Shown here in pieces: positions 31,122 to 40,510 of a DNA stretch of 64,000 nt. Within the stretch, counting starts at the first letter, position 1, and each line of letters opens with the position of its first letter. This stretch comes from Alphaproteobacteria bacterium (lineage in GTDB: Bacteria; Pseudomonadota; Alphaproteobacteria; UBA828): NCBI GenBank assembly GCA_965214705.1, contig OZ243972.1:2048001-2112000 (forward strand), written 5' to 3'. Under the pieces are notes generated by a model. That model ran no database searches. It had not been told where the DNA came from and saw nothing but the letters and a program-made list of their open reading frames with translations. The translations under genes were made by a program, and so were the position numbers.

Positions 31122-31335
31122 GTGCGCGATAGCTTTTGCTATCGAGCACTATCTTGTCAATAGGAAGTTGCTCCACGCCATTGTCGGCAGCAGCCGCATG
31201 GCACGAGATTCCGCTGCCGCCGGACATCAAGCCATTGCGTTGCATGGGTTTTCGGAGGAACGAACAAGGCCGTGCGGGCGGCGTAGCCAGGATACAGGGT
31301 CTGCCGACCCCGCCCAACTTTACGCTCGATAGCAC
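31122..31335. other. Putative recombination (res/lox-like) site next to the Cre-like recombinase
   Basis: GTGCGCGATAGC-TTTT-GCTATCGAGCAC imperfect palindrome and a third GCTCGATAGC copy in CAACTTTACGCTCGATAGCAC. Confidence 0.45.
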
Positions 31336-31919
31336 TTTCTGAATTCACGCCCGACCGGCGCTCGCGGCCCGTCTTTTGCCTCATTGCCGTCGCCAACCGC
31401 ACCGGCCGTCGCGCTATCTTAGCTCGACGGCCGTCTCGGCACACTCCCGGCGCCGCTCAGGCGGGGCTCAGGTCCGCCCCTGCATCTTGGCCAACTGCGC
31501 CGCGCCACTGCGCCGCGCCAGAAGCCGCTCGCCGTAGCGGCTTACCATGCCGATGCACTTCCACCGCCCGGCGTGGAGGATCGCGGGCAACTCGATGTCG
31601 GCGGCGACCATGTCCTGAGCGGCGCCGACCCGCGCGCTGTGTCCCGAGAGCCCCTTCACCACCGTTTCCGGCAGGCCGGCCTTGCGCGCCATCGCCTTGA
31701 AGATGCGCGGCACCTGGCAGGGATGAAGCCGCTCGCCGACCCGCCCTCCCTTGCCCACCGAGCGGAACAGCATTCCCTCCACGATCCCGGCGCGGTCGAG
31801 CCAGGCCCGCACCAGCCGGACGGTGTCCGGGCCGACCCAGACGACCTCGCCCACACCCTCGCAATCGGTCTTGGACCGGCGTACCAAAAGACTGCCGTCT
31901 CCCTGTAATTCCACCATCA

Positions 31920-34073
31920 CCCAAGTTGGCACTTTTTCCGGTTGCTCAATGCCGGTCTGCCCATATTTTGCGGACCGAAGTACCACATATTGGGGTAGCT
32001 CCGAGATGATGCCACTATATGTGTAATTGAGGCGCTGGAAGCGCGTTGTAGTGCCAGGAGTTGTTAGGTATTGACGATTTTCCCTTGACCCCAGACCCCA
32101 AGCCGACAAATCTTGGCCCCTCGCAACAATCTCGCGACGGGCGACATGTTCATCAGGGCAACCAAGACCCACACCACCGACGGCAAGCCCGTCCGAAGCC
32201 ATCGCCTCGTGCTTTCCCAGCGCATCGGCGACAAGGTCAGGCAGCGCACGCTCCTCAACCTCGGCACCGACTATCCGGTGCCGAAGGAGAAATGGCGCGA
32301 AGTGGCCGAACTCGCCGAGGCGCTGCTGCACGGCCGCCCGCCGCTGCTCCAAGCCGTCCCGGACGTGCAGGCCGCAGCCGAGGACATCGTCGCCAAGCTC
32401 AGGGCCAGGGGGTTCCGCGTCGAGGCGATGCAGGAAGAGGCGCGCAAGCCCGAGATCGCCACCGTCGACCTCGATACCCTGGAGCATGAGAACCCGCGCA
32501 CCGTCGGCTGCGAGCGCCTGTGCCTCAAGGCCCTCGACGACCTTGGCTTCGCCGAAATCCTCCACGGCCTCGACATCAAGGGCCGCGACGGACGCATCGC
32601 CAGCGCGCTGATCGTCGCCAGGATGGTCCATCCCGCCAGCGAGCGTGATACCAGCCGCTGGCTCCGCCACGACAGCGCGGCCGCCGAGCTCCTGGGCCTG
32701 GAGGGCGACCGCAAGGCGCTGCGGCGCAAGACGCTCTACCGCATCGGCGACCTGCTCTGGCGCCACCGGGCCGCCATCCAGAGGGAACTGTTCAACCGTG
32801 AGCGCGCGCTGCTCGACCTGCCCGAGACGATCGCCTTCTACGATCTCACCAACGTCCACTACCACGGCCACACCGACGGCGAGCTTCCCAGGTTCGGGCG
32901 CTCCAAGCAGAAGCGCGACGACTGTCCCCTCATCACGCTGGCGCTCGACGGTGCGGGCTTCCCGCGCAGTTGCGAGATCCTGCCCGGCAACGTGAGCGAG
33001 CCGGGCACGCTGCACGAGGCGCTGGCCCGGCTCGAGGCGGTATGCGGCGGCACGGCGGCGAAGCCCACGGTGGTCATGGACGCGGGCATCGCCACCGAGG
33101 AGAACATCGTCTGGCTGGGCGAGCAGGGCTACGACTGGATCGCGGTCAGCCGCGGTGCCAGGCCTGCGCCGCCCGAGGGCGGACCCGAGGCCCTGCTGAT
33201 CACCAGCGCGCGCCACGAGGTGCGGGCCTGGCGGCTTGCCAGCGAGGACGGCGAGGCGCGGCTCTACGTCGTCAGCGAGGGCAAGAAGAAGGCCGAGAAC
33301 GCGATCATCGGCCTGAGGCGGAACCGCTTCGAGGCGGCGCTGCAAAGGCTCCACGGCGGCCTTGCGGTCAAGGGCCGCCTCAAGCGCTACGACAAGGTGC
33401 TGGAGAGCATAGGCCGCCTCAAGCAGCGCTTCTCCGCCGTCGCCAGGCACTACGAGATCACGGTCGAGAAGGCGGACACCGGCCCCAATGCCACCGCCGT
33501 GCGCTTCAAGCGCAGGCCGCGATACGACGAGGCCGATGAGGGCGCGGGCGCCTATGTGCTGCGCACCAGCCACGTCGACTGGGATATCGAGACGGTCCTG
33601 CGGACGTACTGGCGGATCACGGATATCGAGGCGACATTCCGAAGCCTGAAATCCGAACTCGGCCTTCGCCCGATCTGGCACCAGCTCGACCGGCGCATCG
33701 CGGCCCACCTGCTGATCGCCGTGCTGGCCTACCACGCCGTGCATCTGATCCGTTCCCGGCTGGCCGCGCGGGACATCCACAAGTGCTGGGCATCGATCCG
33801 CGAGAGCATGCGGACCTGGGTGCGGATCACCACGCGCCTGCGCCAGACCGACGGCACCTTAATCGTCAATCGACAGGACACGCGCCCGGCCGCTGAGGTT
33901 GCCGCAATCTCCTCGGCGGCGGGCGTGGAACCCGCCATCCACCGCACGAGGACCCGCCTGCCGAACTGACAGAATCCAACAAAATGTAGTGCCATGTTGG
34001 AACCGGCCGAGAGAAATATCGCGTTACATCAACACGATAAAGGACATGGGTAGGACAAAAGTGCCAACTTGGG
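31920..34073 (+). mobile_element. IS1634 family element type B, copy 1 (2154 bp)
   Basis: IR CCCAAGTTGGCACTTTT; 4-bp duplication ATCA. Confidence 0.94.
32146..33969 (+). CDS. IS1634 family DDE transposase (type B)
   Basis: FYDLTN, FGRSKQKR, VVMDAGI and EATFRSLKSELGLRP. Confidence 0.93.
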   Translation: MFIRATKTHTTDGKPVRSHRLVLSQRIGDKVRQRTLLNLGTDYPVPKEKWREVAELAEALLHGRPPLLQAVPDVQAAAEDIVAKLRARGFRVEAMQEEARKPEIATVDLDTLEHENPRTVGCERLCLKALDDLGFAEILHGLDIKGRDGRIASALIVARMVHPASERDTSRWLRHDSAAAELLGLEGDRKALRRKTLYRIGDLLWRHRAAIQRELFNRERALLDLPETIAFYDLTNVHYHGHTDGELPRFGRSKQKRDDCPLITLALDGAGFPRSCEILPGNVSEPGTLHEALARLEAVCGGTAAKPTVVMDAGIATEENIVWLGEQGYDWIAVSRGARPAPPEGGPEALLITSARHEVRAWRLASEDGEARLYVVSEGKKKAENAIIGLRRNRFEAALQRLHGGLAVKGRLKRYDKVLESIGRLKQRFSAVARHYEITVEKADTGPNATAVRFKRRPRYDEADEGAGAYVLRTSHVDWDIETVLRTYWRITDIEATFRSLKSELGLRPIWHQLDRRIAAHLLIAVLAYHAVHLIRSRLAARDIHKCWASIRESMRTWVRITTRLRQTDGTLIVNRQDTRPAAEVAAISSAAGVEPAIHRTRTRLPN

Positions 34074-35037
34074 ATCAGATCAGAGACTTGCAGGGAGACC
34101 AGTTCCGACCGGCGGAGCATCGCGTCGTAGGCCACGGCGAGTAGCGCGCAGTTTCGATCGTCGATCGTACGGTCGCCCGCGGCCTCCATCAGGCGCTGGT
34201 GCAGCAGCCAGGTCAGTCCCGTCGCCTGGTCCTGGCGGCGCCCCTTGCGCCGGTACATCCGCTTGAGCGCGAGCCGCACGAGCGGGCTCTTCACCGTCTT
34301 CTCAAGCCCCAGGGCCCGGTGGGCGATGGCGATGCTGGTGACATAACGCCGCACCGAGGCCGGTGCCCGGACCTCGCCCATGGCATCGACAAAGGCCGCG
34401 ACTGTCTCCGGCGCCGCCGGCAACGCCCTTTCCCCGCGTTCGTCACACCACCTGGCATAGATGGCGAGATCGCCGCTCTCGTAGGCGTCGACGAGAACGT
34501 CCTGCGCCTGTCCGCTGCCCGCCTCCGAGATGGCGATGGCGACCTTGAGAGGTATCTCTCCGGCTTCCACCGCAACCAGGAGTCGTTCCTCGCCGGCCTC
34601 CATGAGACGGCGGAGCTTGCCGACGTATTCGGCCGAATAGCCGATCTTGGTGGCGATCTTGCTGTTCGAGTAGCCGCGTCCGGCGAGATCGCCGATTGCC
34701 TTGAACAGATCCCCCGGACAAGGCTTGGTCCGTGCGGTGTTCTCGACAAGGCTCGAGAGCAGGATGTCCTCTTCTGACAGATCGGTGACGATCGCCGGGA
34801 TCTCCGTCTGCCCGAGCGCGAGGAAGGCTTCCATCCGGCCCTGGCCGTAAACCAGGTTGTAGGCGACTTCACCGTCGGCGCCGCGGGTCCGGCTCACCTT
34901 GATGGGCTGCTTGAGGCCGACCTTGTCGATGCTGTCGACGATCTCCGCGAATTTTCCGGCGTCCCGGAAGCGGGGATTGAGCACGACGATGCGCTCGATG
35001 GGGATTGTCTCGATCACGATATCGGTGTCGGTATTGT

Positions 35038-36615
35038 TCATAGTGCGATCTCCGAGATTAGGGCCCGCGCGGCCATGGCGTAGAAGTGGTCCAGCGTCTC
35101 GAACCGGAACGCATCGAGCATCAGGCCGTTTTCCTCGGCGAGGCGGATGCGGTTCGTGTCGAGAATAGAAAGCGGCAAGAGGTAGTAGTCGAGGATCGTT
35201 TCATTGGCGTCGTCCATGCGAAGGGCGACCGTGAGGTCGGGTGCGAGGCCGGTGTCCAGCCTGATCTTCCAGCGCCTGGAACCGGTCTTGGTGTGCCGGC
35301 ATCGGGCTACGACGACGGAGGCGGTGAACTCGCCGTTCACGGTGAGAAGATCCGTGACCGGATCCTGCGAGACGGTTCCACCGATCCTTTCAATTTCGGC
35401 GATCGCCGTAGCGACCGCGTCGGCGTGGATCCGCCGAAGCGTCCGGTTGATCTCGATGTAGCGGTAGTCCCGGTCGGGTGTGAAGCCAATCCGCCGGTAG
35501 GCGCGCACCAGGCTGCCGAAGCGCGCGGCGTAGCATCCGCTGGACGGCATGTTGTCGGCCTCGTCGATCACCAGACCGGAGAGAAAGCCCTCCTTCTCGA
35601 GCAGGCCTCTCAGCCGGTTCAGCATCTCGTCGTCGGAGAAGCGGCGGTTGCGCTCCCGGATCATGCCCTGGGCGGTGTAGAACAGCTTCTCGTCGACGAT
35701 CGGCTCGAAGGCGCCGTCGGCCCGGATCCATTCTTCCGGTGGATTGTTCTTGTGTTCGCCTTTCAGCTTGTAGGAGTGCCGGTTAAAGATGCAGTTGCCG
35801 ATATATTTCTCGTTGGTCAGAACCTGGTGGACGGTGCCGCGCGTCCAGGGCCGGCCGAGATCCGTCACGATTCCCTGCTCGTTGAGCAACGCGGCGATCT
35901 CGCCTTCGAGCCTGCCTCCGTCGATGAACTCGCGGTACATCCACCGGACGGTCTCGACTTCCTCTTCCGGTCCGGGCACGAGGATCACTCTGTCCGTTTG
36001 CAGGCTCTTGCGCTGACCCCTGTCAAGAATGCCCTGCGGCTCGCGGCTCTGGTCGATGCGCATGCGGCGCAGTCCATAGCCCGCCATGCCCCCCATGCGG
36101 TAGCCGAGCTCGATAAGCCGGCACTGGCCGGCGAACACCTTTTCCGAGAGCACACGGCTGTGTTCGGCGGCCACATACCGCTTGAGACTCTTGACCACCG
36201 TGGACATCGGGCTGCCGTCGTTGACGAATTGGTCCATGCAGTAGTGGACCTGGACCCTGGCCTTTCTGCAGGCGAATTCGAGGGATGCGCCCTCGTCCTG
36301 ATCCTGAAACCGGCCCCAGCGGCTCACGTCGTAGACGAGGATCGTATCGAAACCGGCATCCGCACTCTGCGCGTCTGCCAACATTTGCTGCATGCCGGGC
36401 CTGTTCTCGTATCGCAGGCCGCTTCTCGCCTCGTCCGAATAGGTGGCGACGAGCTCCATGTCGTTATCGTCGGCGTAGCGCTCGATGACCGCCATCTGGT
36501 TCTCGGTCGAATATTGCTGGAGGTCGGTCGACATCCGGACATAGGCGACGGCGCGTCGCCGCGGCTTCGGCTGTTCGGAATTCGAATCCGGTTTGGGGTT
36601 GGGCTTGCCAGTCAC
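35038..36615 (-). CDS. Large serine recombinase
   Basis: AYVRMST catalytic motif, YDVSRWGR, GYGLRR and LTNEKYIG recombinase domain. Confidence 0.93.
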   Translation of the reverse strand: MTGKPNPKPDSNSEQPKPRRRAVAYVRMSTDLQQYSTENQMAVIERYADDNDMELVATYSDEARSGLRYENRPGMQQMLADAQSADAGFDTILVYDVSRWGRFQDQDEGASLEFACRKARVQVHYCMDQFVNDGSPMSTVVKSLKRYVAAEHSRVLSEKVFAGQCRLIELGYRMGGMAGYGLRRMRIDQSREPQGILDRGQRKSLQTDRVILVPGPEEEVETVRWMYREFIDGGRLEGEIAALLNEQGIVTDLGRPWTRGTVHQVLTNEKYIGNCIFNRHSYKLKGEHKNNPPEEWIRADGAFEPIVDEKLFYTAQGMIRERNRRFSDDEMLNRLRGLLEKEGFLSGLVIDEADNMPSSGCYAARFGSLVRAYRRIGFTPDRDYRYIEINRTLRRIHADAVATAIAEIERIGGTVSQDPVTDLLTVNGEFTASVVVARCRHTKTGSRRWKIRLDTGLAPDLTVALRMDDANETILDYYLLPLSILDTNRIRLAEENGLMLDAFRFETLDHFYAMAARALISEIAL

Positions 36616-37193
36616 TGGGACCTCATCTTCGGTGTCGCCCCGCCCGAAGGCGCGGCGGCGTCCCTTGTTGCGGCAGCGGCGGCATGGTGCTTGCGGGCCG
36701 CCGATTCACGCCCGCACTCGTTGGCCATGTGGCGTTTCAGAGGCTTGGAGATGCCGGATAAGGGGGTCTCGTCTTCGTCGAATCCCTCGGCGCAATAGTG
36801 CACGTCGATACGGGCTCGGCGGCAGGCAAACTCAAGGCAGGCGGCCTGGTCGGGAGTGTGGAAGCGGCCCCAGCGGCTCGGATCGAGGAGCAGAACAGCG
36901 TCGAAATCGCCTGCGCCAATTTCGAGGTCGCGCAACATCTGCTGAAGAGCGGAGCGGCCGTCCGTCGTCAGGCCGCTCCCGCACTCGTCGCAATAGATCC
37001 GAATGAGCTCCATGTTGCGGTCGCGCGCGAACCGGACGATGGCTTCGAGCTGCTCGCGTAGCGTGTCTCCTTCGAGCTGCGTCGCCGAGCGGAGATAGCC
37101 CGCGACGGGCCGTTTCGAGGCAAGTCGTCCCGGCCGCGTGTCGGTTCTCAGGTTTCGATCGAAGGCCACCGAGATCTTCCCCTTCTTGCGCAT
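36612..37193 (-). CDS. Resolvase-domain paralogue lacking the canonical catalytic serine position
   Basis: GYLRSAT aligns with AYVRMST; DPSRWGRF and LEFACRRARIDVHYC closely parallel the downstream recombinase; ATGA overlap. Confidence 0.8.
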   Translation of the reverse strand: MRKKGKISVAFDRNLRTDTRPGRLASKRPVAGYLRSATQLEGDTLREQLEAIVRFARDRNMELIRIYCDECGSGLTTDGRSALQQMLRDLEIGAGDFDAVLLLDPSRWGRFHTPDQAACLEFACRRARIDVHYCAEGFDEDETPLSGISKPLKRHMANECGRESAARKHHAAAAATRDAAAPSGGATPKMRSQ

Positions 37194-37301
37194 GGTTTGC
37201 CGTGCCGAAGCGGCGGTTCCGCCATGCTGTGCAAACCGGGGGAGAGTTCCGGAGGGCGTGGCGAGAGTCCACAACCCAAAAGTAACCTTTCAAATCCCGA
37301 G

Positions 37302-37317
37302 GTAACCAGTTGGTTAC
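37302..37317. promoter_or_regulatory. Palindromic operator candidate in the divergent recombinase/XRE promoter region
   Basis: GTAACCA-GT-TGGTTAC perfect inverted repeat; extra GTAACC half-site at 37282. Confidence 0.5.
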
Positions 37318-37324
37318 TTCTTGA

Positions 37325-39478
37325 CCCAAGTTGGCACTTTTTCCGGTTGCTCAATGCCGGTCTGCCCATATTTTGCGGACCGAAGTACCACATATTGGGG
37401 TAGCTCCGAGATGATGCCACTATATGTGTAATTGAGGCGCTGGAAGCGCGTTGTAGTGCCAGGATTTGTTAGGTATTGACGATTTTCCCTTGACCCCAGA
37501 CCCCAAGCCGACAAATCTTGGCCCCTCGCAACAATCTCGCGACGGGCGACATGTTCATCAGGGCAACCAAGACCCACACCACCGACGGCAAGCCCGTCCG
37601 AAGCCATCGCCTCGTGCTCTCCCAGCGCATCGGCGACAAGGTCAGGCAGCGCACGCTCCTCAACCTCGGCACCGACTATCCGGTGCCGAAGGAGAAATGG
37701 CGCGAAGTGGCCGAACTCGCCGAGGCGCTGCTGCACGGCCGCCCGCCGCTGCTCCAAGCCGTCCCGGACGTGCAGGCCGCAGCCGAGGACATCGTCGCCA
37801 AGCTCAGGGCCAGGGGGTTCCGTGCCGAGGCGATGCAGGAAGAGGCGCGCAAGCCCGAGATCGCCACCGTCGACCTCGATACCCTGGAGCATGAGAACCC
37901 GCGCACCGTCGGCTGCGAGCGCCTGTGCCTCAAGGCCCTCGACGACCTTGGCTTCGCCGAAATCCTCCACGGCCTCGACATCAAGGGCCGCGACGGACGC
38001 ATCGCCAGCGCGCTGATCGTCGCCAGGATGGTCCATCCCGCCAGCGAGCGTGATACCAGCCGCTGGCTCCGCCACGACAGCGCGGCCGCCGAGCTCCTGG
38101 GCCTGGAGGGCGACCGCAAGGCGCTGCGGCGCAAGACGCTCTACCGCATCGGCGACCTGCTCTGGCGCCACCGGGCCGCCATCCAGAGGGAACTGTTCAA
38201 CCGTGAGCGCGCGCTGCTCGACCTGCCCGAGACGATCGCCTTCTACGATCTCACCAACGTCCACTACCACGGCCACACCGACGGCGAGCTTCCCAGGTTC
38301 GGGCGCTCCAAGCAGAAGCGCGACGACTGTCCCCTCATCACGCTGGCGCTCGACGGTGCGGGCTTCCCGCGCAGTTGCGAGATCCTGCCCGGCAACGTGA
38401 GCGAGCCGGGCACGCTGCACGAGGCGCTGGCCCGGCTCGAGGCGGTATGCGGCGGCACGGCGGCGAAGCCCACGGTGGTCATGGACGCGGGCATCGCCAC
38501 CGAGGAGAACATCGTCTGGCTGGGCGAGCAGGGCTACGACTGGATCGCGGTCAGCCGCGGTGCCAGGCCTGCGCCGCCCGAGGGCGGACCCGAGGCCCTG
38601 CTGATCACCAGCGCGCGCCACGAGGTGCGGGCCTGGCGGCTTGCCAGCGAGGACGGCGAGGCGCGGCTCTACGTCGTCAGCGAGGGCAAGAAGAAGGCCG
38701 AGAACGCGATCATCGGCCTGAGGCGGAACCGCTTCGAGGCGGCGCTGCAAAGGCTCCACGGCGGCCTTGCGGTCAAGGGCCGCCTCAAGCGCTACGACAA
38801 GGTGCTGGAGAGCATAGGCCGCCTCAAGCAGCGCTTCTCCGCCGTCGCCAGGCACTACGAGATCACGGTCGAGAAGGCGGACACCGGCCCCAATGCCACC
38901 GCCGTGCGCTTCAAGCGCAGGCCGCGATACGACGAGGCCGATGAGGGCGCGGGCGCCTATGTGCTGCGCACCAGCCACGTCGACTGGGATATCGAGACGG
39001 TCCTGCGGACGTACTGGCGGATCACGGATATCGAGGCGACATTCCGAAGCCTGAAATCCGAACTCGGCCTTCGCCCGATCTGGCACCAGCTCGACCGGCG
39101 CATCGCGGCCCACCTGCTGATCGCCGTGCTGGCCTACCACGCCGTGCATCTGATCCGTTCCCGGCTGGCCGCGCGGGACATCCACAAGTGCTGGGCATCG
39201 ATCCGCGAGAGCATGCGGACCTGGGTGCGGATCACCACGCGCCTGCGCCAGACCGACGGCACCTTGATCGTCAATCGACAGGACACGCGCCCGGCCGCTG
39301 AGGTTGCCGCAATCTCCTCGGCGGCGGGCGTGGAACCCGCCATCCACCGCACGAGGACCCGCCTGCCGAACTGACAGAATCCAACAAAATGTAGTGCCAT
39401 GTTGGAACCGGCCGAGAGAAATATCGCGTTACATCAACACGATAAAGGACATGGGTAGGACAAAAGTGCCAACTTGGG
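37325..39478 (+). mobile_element. IS1634 family element type B, copy 2 (2154 bp)
   Basis: Same IRs; 4-bp duplication TTGA; near-identical to copy 1. Confidence 0.94.
37551..39374 (+). CDS. IS1634 family DDE transposase (type B)
   Basis: Protein differs from copy 1 at one visible residue (FRVE vs FRAE). Confidence 0.93.
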   Translation: MFIRATKTHTTDGKPVRSHRLVLSQRIGDKVRQRTLLNLGTDYPVPKEKWREVAELAEALLHGRPPLLQAVPDVQAAAEDIVAKLRARGFRAEAMQEEARKPEIATVDLDTLEHENPRTVGCERLCLKALDDLGFAEILHGLDIKGRDGRIASALIVARMVHPASERDTSRWLRHDSAAAELLGLEGDRKALRRKTLYRIGDLLWRHRAAIQRELFNRERALLDLPETIAFYDLTNVHYHGHTDGELPRFGRSKQKRDDCPLITLALDGAGFPRSCEILPGNVSEPGTLHEALARLEAVCGGTAAKPTVVMDAGIATEENIVWLGEQGYDWIAVSRGARPAPPEGGPEALLITSARHEVRAWRLASEDGEARLYVVSEGKKKAENAIIGLRRNRFEAALQRLHGGLAVKGRLKRYDKVLESIGRLKQRFSAVARHYEITVEKADTGPNATAVRFKRRPRYDEADEGAGAYVLRTSHVDWDIETVLRTYWRITDIEATFRSLKSELGLRPIWHQLDRRIAAHLLIAVLAYHAVHLIRSRLAARDIHKCWASIRESMRTWVRITTRLRQTDGTLIVNRQDTRPAAEVAAISSAAGVEPAIHRTRTRLPN

Positions 39479-39659
39479 TTGAGAATTATCTGCCTATTTC
39501 GATGAAGTAGAGAAGGGCAAACCGATAATTCCCGGCTGTCGGGCTGGGAGCGCTGCAGTTGCCTCGCCGGGCGTGGTCCCGACGCTGCGAGAGTGCTTGT
39601 CGCGAGAGCCAACCCGTTGCCTGCCTGCGGGATCAATGATCTCAAAGGGAGGAATACCG

Positions 39660-40091
39660 ATGGGTAAGATCGATCAATCGCTTGGCAGAGAACTTCGACG
39701 CAGGCGAACAGCCGATGGAGACACGCTCGATAGCCTCGCGGAGAAATTCGGGGTCTCGGACAAGACTATCGGGAAGTGGGAACGGAGCGTGGCGATGCCG
39801 TCCGCGACGAGCATTCGCATGCTCGGAAGGCTCGGTCTGATCAAAGATTGGTTGGGTCGAAATGGCAGCGGCGACAAGAAAGACGTGCAATCCTCGCATT
39901 CCCAGGAGGACGACAGGGTCATTCAAACGCCGGGGTATCCGGAATCGGAAATGCGGGTCAGGGTGCAAGTGATCCGGGACGCCGAAGACCGTGAGCTCGT
40001 AGCGCTATTCCAAGCATTCTCGACCGATGAACGGAGGACAATTCTGGAGATTCTCCACTTGGTGATCAAAACCCACCGCTCTGGTGACTGA
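39660..40091 (+). CDS. XRE-family HTH transcriptional regulator
   Basis: LRRRR..TLDSLAEKFGVSDKTIGKWERSVAMPS; GGGAGG RBS; divergent from the recombinase operon. Confidence 0.85.
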   Translation: MGKIDQSLGRELRRRRTADGDTLDSLAEKFGVSDKTIGKWERSVAMPSATSIRMLGRLGLIKDWLGRNGSGDKKDVQSSHSQEDDRVIQTPGYPESEMRVRVQVIRDAEDRELVALFQAFSTDERRTILEILHLVIKTHRSGD

Positions 40092-40510
40092 CGGCATCGC
40101 GGTGCCAGAGCGAATATGTGCGTGAACTATGGTGCATCGATCTGGATAAGACCCCGCGATACACCTAGATTGTTGCGGAGCGGCGGTTCGACCGGTTGGT
40201 TATGGGTCGCTGGGGGGGATCACAGCCGGTGTAGAGCGCGGCCCACCCACTGAGCTGTCGGTTGAACGTGGGGACCGCCAGGAGGGTGTCGGAGAGCGCG
40301 TCAGCCCTTGGCGATCTTCTCTTCGGTGGCGTTCCTGGCGAGTCGCCCTCGCCCTTTTGGGCCGAGGACGAGGCGCGGGCGCAACTGTTGCCTCACCCCG
40401 GCTGTGGATTTGATGCCGGGAGCCGTTCGCTGAACATCGCCGCCGCACTCATCCTACCAGCGGCCTGCGGCGGGCGTGAGCGGCAGCCCAAGGAAGGCAG
40501 GTCGTTGGGA

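Larger units (their letters stand above)
31468..35041 (-). pseudogene. ParB/RepB N-terminus fused in frame to a Cre-like tyrosine recombinase, interrupted by IS1634
   Basis: ParB SIDKVGLKQPI, YGQGR; then AYDAMLRRSEL, RSKTD, SGHSARVG, GRWK and SRY; removing the IS restores VSDLMVELQG. Confidence 0.82.

Noticed and set aside
31920-39478. Composite transposon formed by two direct IS1634 type B copies around the serine recombinase
   Set aside because: Each copy has its own target duplication (ATCA, TTGA) and the flanks rejoin in frame, so they are independent insertions.
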